Below are positions 1 to 11,200 of a DNA stretch of 11,372 nucleotides, one piece after another. A model generated the notes under the pieces. The model did not search any database and had not been told where the DNA came from. It saw only the letters and a program-made list of their open reading frames with translations. Origin of the DNA: Giardia intestinalis (lineage: Eukaryota); the NCBI GenBank assembly GCA_000002435.2, contig AACB03000018.1. One strand, given 5' to 3'. Made by a program: the position numbers and the translations under genes. Each line of letters begins with the position of its first letter. Positions within the stretch are counted from its first letter, which is position 1.

Positions 1-210
1 TTCACAATGGTTCTACTTGCGAAATTAATCAAGTGCTTGTTGATAAGGGTGTCAATTGCTCCTTGATGCAAAATTCGTGAGTCATCAAAAGAATCAGCAA
101 TCTAGCTATTATGACATTGGAGCCCAAAATGTTTCTAATCTGAATCATTATCTAGTTAAGGAACATATAATATGCCACCTAAGTATAATAATGATAAGTC
201 TCAGATAGAT
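1..210. other. Unique AT-rich flank (~33% GC) abutting the satellite array, with no repeat homology and no convincing ORF or RNA gene
   Basis: Hand count gives 70 G+C in 210 bp. There is no internal repetition and no similarity to the 51-bp unit. The boundary is sharp at ~210/211 (…cagatagatac | atgccaggacaggttggccc…). Confidence 0.7.
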
Positions 211-715
211 ACATGCCAGGACAGGTTGGCCCATCGACGCACCTCGTTGACCGGGGAAACAGCATGCCAGGACAGGTTGGCCCATCGACGCACCTCGTTG
301 ACCGGGGAAACAGCATGCCAGGACAGGTTGGCCCATCGACGCACCTCGTTGACCGGGGAAACAGCATGCCAGGACAGGTTGGCCCATCGACGCACCTCGT
401 TGACCGGGGAAACAGCATGCCAGGACAGGTTGGCCCATCGACGCACCTCGTTGACCGGGGAAACAGCATGCCAGGACAGGTTGGCCCATCGACACCTCGT
501 TGACCGGGGAAACAGCATGCCAGGACAGGTTGGCCCATCGACGCACCTCGTTGACCGGGGAAACAGCATGCCAGGACAGGTTGGCCCATCGACGCACCTC
601 GTTGACCGGGGAAACAGCATGCCAGGACAGGTTGGCCCATCGACGCACCTCGTTGACCGGGGAAACAGCATGCCAGGACAGGTTGGCCCATCGACGCACC
701 TCGTTGACCGGGGAA
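211..715. repeat. Homogeneous edge domain of 10 consecutive class-A monomers with the GC core. There are no B heads and no AT core variant, and the first five units are identical
   Basis: Units start at 259, 310, 361, 412 and so on, all acagcatgccaggacaggttggcccatcgacgcacc…. The single deviation is a 2-bp deletion at ~494 (cgacacctcg). The first B head appears at 716. Confidence 0.85.
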
Positions 716-2138
716 ATGGGACTCCGGGCCAGCTAGGCCCTCGACATACCTCGTTGACCGGGGAAATGGGACTCCGGGCCAGCTAGGCCCATCGACATAC
801 CTCGTTGACCGGGGAAACAGCATGCCAGGACAGGTTGGCCCATCGACGCACCTCGTTGACCGGGGAAACAGCATGCCAGGACAGGTTGGCCCATCGACGC
901 ACCTCGTTGACCGGGGAAACAGCATGCCAGGACAGGTTGGCCATCGACGCACCTCGTTGACCGGGGAAATGGGACTCCGGGCCAGCTAGGCCCATCGACA
1001 TACCTCGTTGACCGGGGAAATGGGACTCCGGGCCAGCTAGGCCCATCGACGCACCTCGTTGACCGGGGAAACAGCATGCCAGGACAGGTTGGCCCATCGA
1101 CACCTCGTTGACCGGGGAAACAGCATGCCAGGACAGGTTGGCCCATCGACGCACCTCGTTGACCGGGGAAACAGCATGCCAGGACAGGTGGCCCATCGAC
1201 ATACCTCGTTGACCGGGGAAACAGCATGCCAGGACAGGTTGGCCCATCGACGCACCCTCGTTGACCGGGGAAACAGCATGCCAGACAGGTTGGCCCATCG
1301 ACGCACCTCGTTGACCGGGAAACAGCATGCCAGGACAGGTTGGCCCATCGACATACCTCGTTGACCGGGAAACAGCATGCCAGGACAGGTTGGCCCATCG
1401 ACGCACCTCGTTGACCGGGGAAATGGGACTCCGGGCCAGCTAGGCCCATCGACATACCCTCGTTGACCGGGGAAACAGCATGCCAGGACAGGTTGGCCCA
1501 TCGACGCACCTCGTTGACCGGGGAAACAGCATGCCAGGACAGGTTGGCCCATCGACGCACCTCGTTGACCGGGGAAACAGCATGCCAGGACAGGTTGGCC
1601 CATCGACGCACCTCGTTGACCGGGGAAATGGGACTCCGGGCCAGCTAGGCCCATCGACGCACCTCGTTGACCGGGGAAATGGGACTCCGGGCCAGCTAGG
1701 CCCATCGACGCACCTCGTTGACCGGGGAAATGGGACTCCGGGCCAGCTAGGCCCATCGACAACCTCGTTGACCGGGGAACAGCATGCCAGGACAGGTTGG
1801 CCCATCGACGCACCTCGTGACCGGGGGAAACCAGCATGCCAGGACAGGTTGGCCCATCGACGCACCTCGTTGACCGGGGAAATGGGACTCCGGGCCAGCT
1901 AGGCCCATCGACATACCTCGTTGACCGGGGAAAACAGCATGCCAGGACAGGTTGGCCCATCGACGCACCTCGTTGACCGGGGAAATGGGACTCCGGGCCA
2001 GCTAGGCCCATCGACATACCTCGTTGACCGGGGAAACAGCATGCCAGGACAGGTTGGCCCATCGACGCACCTCGTTGACCGGGGGAAACAGCATGCCAGG
2101 ACAGGTTGGCCCATCGACGCACCTCGTTGACCGGGGAA

Positions 2139-2546
2139 ACAGCATGCCAGGACAGGTTGGCCCATCGACGCACCTCGTTGACCGGGGAAATGGGACTCCG
2201 GGCCAGCTAGGCCCATCGACATACCTCGTTGACCGGGGAAATGGGACTCCGGGCCAGCTAGGCCCATCGACGCACCTCGTTGACCGGGGAAATGGGACTC
2301 CGGGCCAGCTAGGCCCATCGACATACCTCGTTGACCGGGAAACAGCATGCCAGGACAGGTTGGCCCATCGACGCACCTCGTTGACCGGGGAAATGGGACT
2401 CCGGGCCAGCTAGGCCCATCGACATACCTCGTTGACCGGGGAAATGGGACTCCGGGCCAGCTAGGCCCATCGACGCACCTCGTTGACCGGGGAAATGGGA
2501 CTCCGGGCCAGCTAGGCCCATCGACATACCTCGTTGACCGGGGGAA
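2139..2546. repeat. Higher-order unit (A-b-B-b)x2, 4 monomers or 204 bp per copy. The same quartet recurs at ~2945-3150 and ~3770-3960
   Basis: Monomer typing gives 2139 A, 2190 b, 2241 B, 2292 b, 2342 A, 2393 b, 2444 B, 2495 b. Confidence 0.75.
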
Positions 2547-4643
2547 ACAGCATGCCAGGACAGGTTGGCCCATCGACGCACCTCGTTGACCGGGGAAACA
2601 GCATGCCAGGACAGGTTGGCCCATCGACGCACCTCGTTGACCGGGGAAATGGGACTCCGGGCCAGCTAGGCCCATCGACATACCTCGTTGACCGGGGAAA
2701 CAGCATGCCAGGACAGGTTGGCCCATCGACGCACCTCGTTGACCGGGGAAACAGCATGCCAGGACAGGTTGGCCCATCGACGCACCTCGTTGACCGGGGA
2801 AACAGCATGCCAGGACAGGTTGGCCCATCGACGCACCTCGTTGACCGGGGAAACAGCATGCCAGGACAGGTTGGCCCATCGACGCACCTCGTTGACCGGG
2901 GAAATGGACTCCGGGCCAGCTAGGCCCATCGACGCACCTCGTTGACCGGGGAAACAGCATGCCAGGACAGGTTGGCCCATCGACGCACCTCGTTGACCGG
3001 GGAAATGGGACTCCGGGCCAGCTAGGCCCATCGACATACCTCGTTGACCGGGGAAATGGGACTCCGGGCCAGCTAGGCCCATCGACGCACCTCGTTGACC
3101 GGGGGAAATGGGACTCCGGGCCAGCTAGGCCCATCGACATACCTCGTTGACCGGGGAAACAGCATGCCAGGACAGGTTGGCCCATCGACGCACCTCGTTG
3201 ACCGGGGAAACAGCATGCCAGGACAGGTTGGCCCATCGACGCACCTCGTTGACCGGGGGAAATGGGACTCCGGGCCAGCTAGGCCCATCGACATACCTCG
3301 TTGACCGGGGAAACAGCATGCCAGGACAGGTTGGCCCATCGACGCACCTCGTTGACCGGGGAAACAGCATGCCAGGACAGGTTGGCCCATCGACGCACCT
3401 CGTTGACCGGGGAAACAGCATGCCAGGACAGGTTGGCCCATCGACGCACCTCGTTGACCGGGGAAATGGGACTCCGGGCCAGCTAGGCCCATCGACATAC
3501 CTCGTTGACCGGGGAAACAGCATGCCAGGACAGGTTGGCCCATCGACGCACCTCGTTGACCGGGGAAACAGCATGCCAGGACAGGTTGGCCCATCGACGC
3601 ACCTCGTTGACCGGGGAAACAGCATGCCAGGACAGGTTGGCCCATCGACGCACCTCGTTGACCGGGGAAACAGCATGCCAGGACAGGTTGGCCCATCGAC
3701 GCACCTCGTTGACCGGGGGAAATGGGACTCCGGGCCAGCTAGGCCCATCGACGCACCTCGTTGACCGGGGAAACAGCATGCCAGGACAGGTTGGCCCATC
3801 GACGCACCTCGTTGACCGGGGAAATGGGACTCCGGGCCAGCTAGGCCCATCGACATACCTCGTTGACCGGGGAAATGGGACTCCGGGCCAGCTAGGCCCA
3901 TCGACGCACCTCGTTGACCGGGGAAATGGGACTCCGGGCCAGCTAGGCCCATCGACATACCTCGTTGACCGGGGAAACAGCATGCCAGGACAGGTTGGCC
4001 CATCGACGCACCTCGTTGACCGGGGAAACAGCATGCCAGGACAGGTTGGCCCATCGACGCACCTCGTTGACCGGGGAAATGGGACTCCGGGCCAGCTAGG
4101 CCCATCGACATACCTCGTTGACCGGGGAAACAGCATGCCAGGACAGGTTGGCCCATCGACGCACCTCGTTGACCGGGGAAACAGCATGCCAGGACAGGTT
4201 GGCCCATCGACGCCACCTCGTTGACCCGGGGAAACAGCATGCCAGGACAGGTTGGCCCATCGACATACCTCGTTGACCGGGGAAATGGGACTCCGGGCCA
4301 GCTAGGCCCATCGACATACCTCGTTGACCGGGGAAACAGCATGCCAGGACAGGTTGGCCCATCGACATACCTCGTTGACCGGGGAAACAGCATGCCAGGA
4401 CAGGTTGGCCCATCGACATACCTCGTTGACCGGGGGAAACAGCATGCCAGGACAGGTTGGCCCATCGACGCACCTCGTTGACCGGGGAAACAGCATGCCA
4501 GGACAGGTTGGCCCATCGACATACCTCGTTGACCGGGGGAAACAGCATGCCAGGACAGGTTGGCCCATCGACGCACCTCGTTGACCGGGGAAATGGGACT
4601 CCGGGCCAGCTAGGCCCATCGACGCACCTCGTTGACCGGGGAA

Positions 4644-5100
4644 ACAGCATGCCAGGACAGGTTGGCCCATCGACGCACCTCGTTGACCGGGGAAACAGCA
4701 TGCCAGGACAGGTTGGCCCATCGACATACCTCGTTGACCGGGGAAACAGCATGCCAGGACAGGTTGGCCCATCGACGCACCTCGTTGACCGGGGAAACAG
4801 CATGCCAGGACAGGTTGGCCCATCGACATACCTCGTTGACCGGGGAAACAGCATGCCAGGACAGGTTGGCCCATCGACGCACCTCGTTGACCGGGGAAAC
4901 AGCATGCCAGGACAGGTTGGCCCATCGACGCACCTCGTTGACCGGGGAAACAGCATGCCAGGACAGGTTGGCCCATCGACGCACCTCGTGACCGGGAAAC
5001 AGCATGCCAGGACAGGTTGGCCCATCGACGCACCTCGTTGACCGGGGAAATGGGACTCCGGGCCAGCTAGGCCCATCGACGCACCTCGTTGACCGGGGAA
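4644..5100. repeat. Copy 1 of the 9-monomer block A-a-A-a-A-A-A-A-B. Its seventh monomer (4953-5001) carries two 1-bp deletions
   Basis: The type order was read directly. ORF 4632..4991(+) has the same translation prefix as ORFs 5242..5682 and 6619..7059. Confidence 0.8.
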
Positions 5101-5253
5101 ACAGCATGCCAGGACAGGTTGGCCCATCGACGCACCTCGTTGACCGGGGAAACAGCATGCCAGGACAGGTTGGCCCATCGACGCACCTCGTTGACCGGGG
5201 AAATGGGACTCCGGGCCAGCTAGGCCCATCGACGCACCTCGTTGACCGGGGAA

Positions 5254-5712
5254 ACAGCATGCCAGGACAGGTTGGCCCATCGACGCACCTCGTTGACCGG
5301 GGAAACAGCATGCCAGGACAGGTTGGCCCATCGACATACCTCGTTGACCGGGGAAACAGCATGCCAGGACAGGTTGGCCCATCGACGCACCTCGTTGACC
5401 GGGGAAACAGCATGCCAGGACAGGTTGGCCCATCGACATACCTCGTTGACCGGGGAAACAGCATGCCAGGACAGGTTGGCCCATCGACGCACCTCGTTGA
5501 CCGGGGAAACAGCATGCCAGGACAGGTTGGCCCATCGACGCACCTCGTTGACCGGGGAAACAGCATGCCAGGACAGGTTGGCCCATCGACGCACCTCGTT
5601 GACCGGGGAAACAGCATGCCAGGACAGGTTGGCCCATCGACGCACCTCGTTGACCGGGGAAATGGGACTCCGGGCCAGCTAGGCCCATCGACGCACCTCG
5701 TTGACCGGGGAA
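5254..5712. repeat. Copy 2 of the 9-monomer block A-a-A-a-A-A-A-A-B (459 bp, indel-free)
   Basis: Monomer typing. ORF 5242..5682(+) is identical in translation to ORF 6619..7059(+), and ORF 5220..5645(-) is identical to ORF 6597..7022(-). Confidence 0.85.
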
Positions 5713-6630
5713 ACAGCATGCCAGGACAGGTTGGCCCATCGACGCACCTCGTTGACCGGGGAAACAGCATGCCAGGACAGGTTGGCCCATCGACGCACCT
5801 CGTTGACCGGGGAAATGGGACTCCGGGCCAGCTAGGCCCATCGACGCACCTCGTTGACCGGGGAAACAGCATGCCAGGACAGGTTGGCCCATCGACGCAC
5901 CTCGTTGACCGGGGAAATGGGACTCCGGGCCAGCTAGGCCCATCGACATACCTCGTTGACCGGGGAAATGGGACTCCGGGCCAGCTAGGCCCATCGACAT
6001 ACCTCGTTGACCGGGGAAATGGGACTCCGGGCCAGCTAGGCCCATCGACGCACCTCGTTGACCGGGGAAACAGCATGCCAGGACAGGTTGGCCCATCGAC
6101 GCACCTCGTTGACCGGGGAAATGGGACTCCGGGCCAGCTAGGCCCATCGACATACCTCGTTGACCGGGGAAATGGGACTCCGGGCCAGCTAGGCCCATCG
6201 ACGCACCTCGTTGACCGGGGAAACAGCATGCCAGGACAGGTTGGCCCATCGACGCACCTCGTTGACCGGGGAAACAGCATGCCAGGACAGGTTGGCCCAT
6301 CGACGCACCTCGTTGACCGGGGAAATGGGACTCCGGGCCAGCTAGGCCCATCGACGCACCTCGTTGACCGGGGAAATGGGACTCCGGGCCAGCTAGGCCC
6401 ATCGACATACCTCGTTGACCGGGGAAATGGGACTCCGGGCCAGCTAGGCCCATCGACGCACCTCGTTGACCGGGGAAACAGCATGCCAGGACAGGTTGGC
6501 CCATCGACGCACCTCGTTGACCGGGGAAATGGGACTCCGGGCCAGCTAGGCCCATCGACATACCTCGTTGACCGGGGAAATGGGACTCCGGGCCAGCTAG
6601 GCCCATCGACGCACCTCGTTGACCGGGGAA

Positions 6631-7089
6631 ACAGCATGCCAGGACAGGTTGGCCCATCGACGCACCTCGTTGACCGGGGAAACAGCATGCCAGGACAGGT
6701 TGGCCCATCGACATACCTCGTTGACCGGGGAAACAGCATGCCAGGACAGGTTGGCCCATCGACGCACCTCGTTGACCGGGGAAACAGCATGCCAGGACAG
6801 GTTGGCCCATCGACATACCTCGTTGACCGGGGAAACAGCATGCCAGGACAGGTTGGCCCATCGACGCACCTCGTTGACCGGGGAAACAGCATGCCAGGAC
6901 AGGTTGGCCCATCGACGCACCTCGTTGACCGGGGAAACAGCATGCCAGGACAGGTTGGCCCATCGACGCACCTCGTTGACCGGGGAAACAGCATGCCAGG
7001 ACAGGTTGGCCCATCGACGCACCTCGTTGACCGGGGAAATGGGACTCCGGGCCAGCTAGGCCCATCGACGCACCTCGTTGACCGGGGAA
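6631..7089. repeat. Copy 3 of the 9-monomer block, exactly 1377 bp (27 monomers) downstream of copy 2. The flanking A-x-B triplets are also conserved, giving a 15-monomer superblock
   Basis: The identical ORF translations on both strands at a +1377 offset are described under copy 2. Flanking monomers are u97-99 A-A-B versus u124-126 A-b-B upstream and u109-111 A-A-B versus u136-138 A-b-B downstream. Confidence 0.85.
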
Positions 7090-7702
7090 ACAGCATGCCA
7101 GGACAGGTTGGCCCATCGACGCACCTCGTTGACCGGGGAAATGGGACTCCGGGCCAGCTAGGCCCATCGACATACCTCGTTGACCGGGGGAAATGGGACT
7201 CCGGGCCAGCTAGGCCCATCGACGCACCTCGTTGACCGGGGAAACAGCATGCCAGGACAGGTTGGCCCATCGACGCACCTCGTTGACCGGGGAAATGGGA
7301 CTCCGGGCCAGCTAGGCCCATCGACATACCTCGTTGACCGGGGAAATGGGACTCCGGGCCAGCTAGGCCCATCGACGCACCTCGTTGACCGGGGAAACAG
7401 CATGCCAGGACAGGTTGGCCCATCGACGCACCTCGTTGACCGGGGAAATGGGACTCCGGGCCAGCTAGGCCCATCGACATACCTCGTTGACCGGGGAAAT
7501 GGGACTCCGGGCCAGCTAGGCCCATCGACGCACCTCGTTGACCGGGGAAACAGCATGCCAGGACAGGTTGGCCCATCGACGCACCTCGTTGACCGGGGAA
7601 ATGGGACTCCGGGCCAGCTAGGCCCATCGACATACCTCGTTGACCGGGGAAATGGGACTCCGGGCCAGCTAGGCCCATCGACGCACCTCGTTGACCGGGG
7701 AA
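7090..7702. repeat. (A-b-B)x4 three-monomer higher-order repeat, 153 bp per copy
   Basis: Units start at 7090 A, 7141 b (+1 g in its G-run), 7193 B, 7244 A, 7295 b, 7346 B, 7397 A, 7448 b, 7499 B, 7550 A, 7601 b, 7652 B. ORF 7180..8280(+) shows the corresponding GTPGQLGPSTH / SMPGQVGPSTH / GTPGQLGPSTY cycle. Confidence 0.85.
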
Positions 7703-8299
7703 ATGGGACTCCGGGCCAGCTAGGCCCATCGACGCACCTCGTTGACCGGGGAAACAGCATGCCAGGACAGGTTGGCCCATCGACGCACCTCGTTGACCGG
7801 GGAAACAGCATGCCAGGACAGGTTGGCCCATCGACGCACCTCGTTGACCGGGGAAATGGGACTCCGGGCCAGCTAGGCCCATCGACGCACCTCGTTGACC
7901 GGGGAAATGGGACTCCGGGCCAGCTAGGCCCATCGACATACCTCGTTGACCGGGGAAATGGGACTCCGGGCCAGCTAGGCCCATCGACGCACCTCGTTGA
8001 CCGGGGAAACAGCATGCCAGGACAGGTTGGCCCATCGACGCACCTCGTTGACCGGGGAAATGGGACTCCGGGCCAGCTAGGCCCATCGACATACCTCGTT
8101 GACCGGGGAAATGGGACTCCGGGCCAGCTAGGCCCATCGACGCACCTCGTTGACCGGGGAAACAGCATGCCAGGACAGGTTGGCCCATCGACGCACCTCG
8201 TTGACCGGGGAAACAGCATGCCAGGACAGGTGGCCCATCGACGCACCTCGTTGACCGGGAATGGGATCCGGGCCAGCTAGGCCCATCGACATCCTCGTT

Positions 8300-11200
8300 G
8301 ACCGGGGAAATGGGACTCCGGGCCAGCTAGGCCCATCGACGCACCTCGTTGACCGGGGAAACAGCATGCCAGGAAGGTTGGCCCATCGACGCACCTCGTT
8401 GACCGGGGAAACAGCATGCCAGGACAGGTTGGCCCATCGACGCACCTCGTTGACCGGGGAAATGGGACTCCGGGCCAGCTAGGCCCATCGACGCACCTCG
8501 TTGACCGGGGAAACAGCATGCCAGGACAGGTTGGCCCATCGACGCACCTCGTGACCGGGGAAACAGCATGCCAGGACAGGTTGGCCCATCGACGCACCTC
8601 GTTGACCGGGGGAAACAGCATGCCAGGACAGGTTGGCCCATCGACGCACCTCGTTGACCGGGGAAATGGGACTCCGGGCCAGCTAGGCCCATCGACGCAC
8701 CTCGTTGACCGGGGAACAGCATGCCAGGACAGGTTGGCCCATCGACGCACCTCGTTGACCGGGGAAACAGCATGCCAGGACAGGTTGGCCCATCGACGCA
8801 CCTCGTTGACCGGGGAAATGGGACTCCGGGCCAGCTAGGCCCATCGACGCACCTCGTTGACCGGGGAAACAGCATGCCAGGACAGGTTGGCCCATCGACG
8901 CACCTCGTTGACCGGGGAAACAGCATGCCAGGACAGGTTGGCCCATCGACGCACCTCGTTGACCGGGGAAATGGGACTCCGGGCCAGCTAGGCCCATCGA
9001 CGCACCTCGTTGACCGGGGAAATGGGACTCCGGACAGGTTGGCCCATCGACGCACCTCGTTGACCGGGGAAACAGCATGCCAGGACAGGTTGGCCCATCG
9101 ACGCACCTCGTTGACCGGGGAAATGGGACTCCGGGCCAGCTAGGCCCATCGACACCTCGTTGACCGGGGAAACAGCATGCCAGGACAGGTTGGCCCATCG
9201 ACGCACCTCGTTGACCGGGGAAACAGCATGCCAGGACAGGTTGGCCCATCGACGCACCTCGTTGACCGGGGAAACAGCATGCCAGGACAGGTTGGCCCAT
9301 CGACGCACCTCGTTGACCGGGGAAACAGCATGCCAGGACAGGTTGGCCCATCGACGCACCTCGTTGACCGGGGAAACAGCATGCCAGGACAGGTTGGCCC
9401 ATCGACGCACCTCGTTGACCGGGGAAACAGCATGCCAGGACAGGTTGGCCCATCGACGCACCTCGTTGACCGGGGAAATGGGACTCCGGGCCAGCTAGGC
9501 CCATCGACGCACCTCGTTGACCGGGGAAACAGCATGCCAGGACAGGTTGGCCCATCGACGCACCTCGTTGACCGGGGAAACAGCATGCCAGGACAGGTTG
9601 GCCCATCGACGCACCTCGTTGACCGGGGAAACAGCATGCCAGGACAGGTTGGCCCATCGACGCACCTCGTTGACCGGGGAAACAGCATGCCAGGACAGGT
9701 TGGCCCATCGACGCACCTCGTTGACCGGGGAAATGGGACTCCGGGCCAGCTAGGCCCATCGACGCACCTCGTTGACCGGGGAAACAGCATGCCAGGACAG
9801 GTTGGCCCATCGACGCACCTCGTTGACCGGGGAAACAGCATGCCAGGACAGGTTGGCCCATCGACGCACCTCGTTGACCGGGGAAATGGGACTCCGGCAG
9901 CTAGGCCCATCGACGCACCTCGTTGACCGGGGAAATGGGACTCCGGGCCAGCTAGGCCCATCGACGCACCTCGTTGACCGGGGAAATGGGACTCCGGGCA
10001 GCTAGGCCCATCGACGCACCTCGTTGACCGGGGAAATGCATGCCGGCAGCTAGGCCCATCGACGCACCTCGTTGACCGGGGAAATGGACTCCGGGCCAGC
10101 TAGGCCCATCGACGCACCTCGTTGACCGGGGAAACAGCATGCCAGGACAGGTTGGCCCATCGACGCACCTCGTTGACCGGGGAAATGGGACTCCGGGCCA
10201 GCTAGGCCCATCGACGCACCTCGTTGACCGGGGAAATGGGACTCCGGGCCAGCTAGGCCCATCGACACCTCGTTGACCGGGGAAATGGGACCCGGGCCAG
10301 CTAGGCCCATCGACGCACCTCGTTGACCGGGGAAACAGCATGCCAGGACAGGTTGGCCCATCGACGCACCTCGTTGACCGGGGAAACAGCATGCCAGGAG
10401 GTTGGCCCATCGACGCACCTCGTTGACCGGGGAAACAGCATGCCAGGACAGGTTGGCCCATCGACGCACCTCGTTGACCGGGGAAATGGGACTCCGGGCC
10501 AGCTAGGCCCATCGACGCACCTCGTTGACCGGGGAAACAGCATGCCAGGACAGGTTGGCCCATCGACGCACCTCGTTGACCGGGGAAACAGCATGCCAGG
10601 ACAGGTTGGCCCATCGACGCACCTCGTTGACCGGGGAAACAGCATGCCAGGACAGGTTGGCCCATCGACGCACCTCGTTGACCGGGGAAATGGACTCCGG
10701 ACCAGCTAGGCCCATCGACGCACCTCGTTGACCGGGGAAATGGGACCCGGGCCAGCTAGGCCCATCGACGCACCTCGTTGACCGGGGAAATGGGACTCCG
10801 GGCCAGCTAGGCCCATCGACGCACCTCGTTGACCGGGGAAACAGCATGCCAGGACAGGTTGGCCCATCGACGCACCTCGTTGACCGGGGAAACAGCATGC
10901 CAGGACAGGTTGGCCCATCGACGCACCTCGTTGACCGGGGAAACAGCATGCCAGGACAGGTTGGCCCATCGACGCACCTCGTTGACCGGGGAAACAGCAG
11001 CCAGGACAGGTTGGCCCATCGACGCACCTCGTTGACCGGGGAAACAGCATGCCAGGACAGGTTGGCCCATCGACGCACCTCGTTGACCGGGGAAAAGCAT
11101 CCGGACAGCTAGGCCCATCGACGCACCTCGTTGACCGGGGAAACAGCATGCCAGGACAGGTTGGCCCATCGACGCACCTCGTTGACCGGGGAAATGGGAC

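Larger units (their letters stand above)
5002..8230. repeat. Near indel-free central domain of the array: 63 monomers with a single +1 G at ~7188
   Basis: The 743-aa ORF 5004..7235(+) and the 366-aa ORF 7180..8280(+) are unbroken. Monomer-by-monomer reading finds no length variants other than ccggggg at 7188. Confidence 0.8.

Noticed and set aside
78-84. TGAGTCA (AP-1/GCN4-type heptamer) and a tataat-like hexamer at ~166-171 in the unique flank
   Set aside because: These are single short motifs in 210 bp of AT-rich sequence. They are expected by chance and have no associated gene.
172-786. ORF with an ATG in the unique flank (MPPKYNNDKSQID…) reading into the array
   Set aside because: It has only 13 unique codons before entering the repeat in frame +1. 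That frame is closed by TAG in every B monomer and by indels, and there is no supporting upstream signal. It is most likely a chance ATG.
4610-8188. A 1192-aa ORF on the minus strand, and other very long ORFs on both strands such as 4096..7173(-) and 5004..7235(+)
   Set aside because: All are periodic 17-aa translations of the 51-bp repeat, and three frames are open through every monomer. Frame changes coincide with indels. They lack unique start and stop context, and overlapping ORFs on both strands are equally long. They are not evidence of a gene.
9051-9071. CENP-B box in the core (cTCGTTGAcCGGGGaa)
   Set aside because: It shares the TCGTTG and CGGG elements of the 17-bp CENP-B box (TTCGTTGGAAACGGGA), but the spacing between them is 2 bp shorter and the essential A position is not matched. 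I mention the resemblance only and do not call it.
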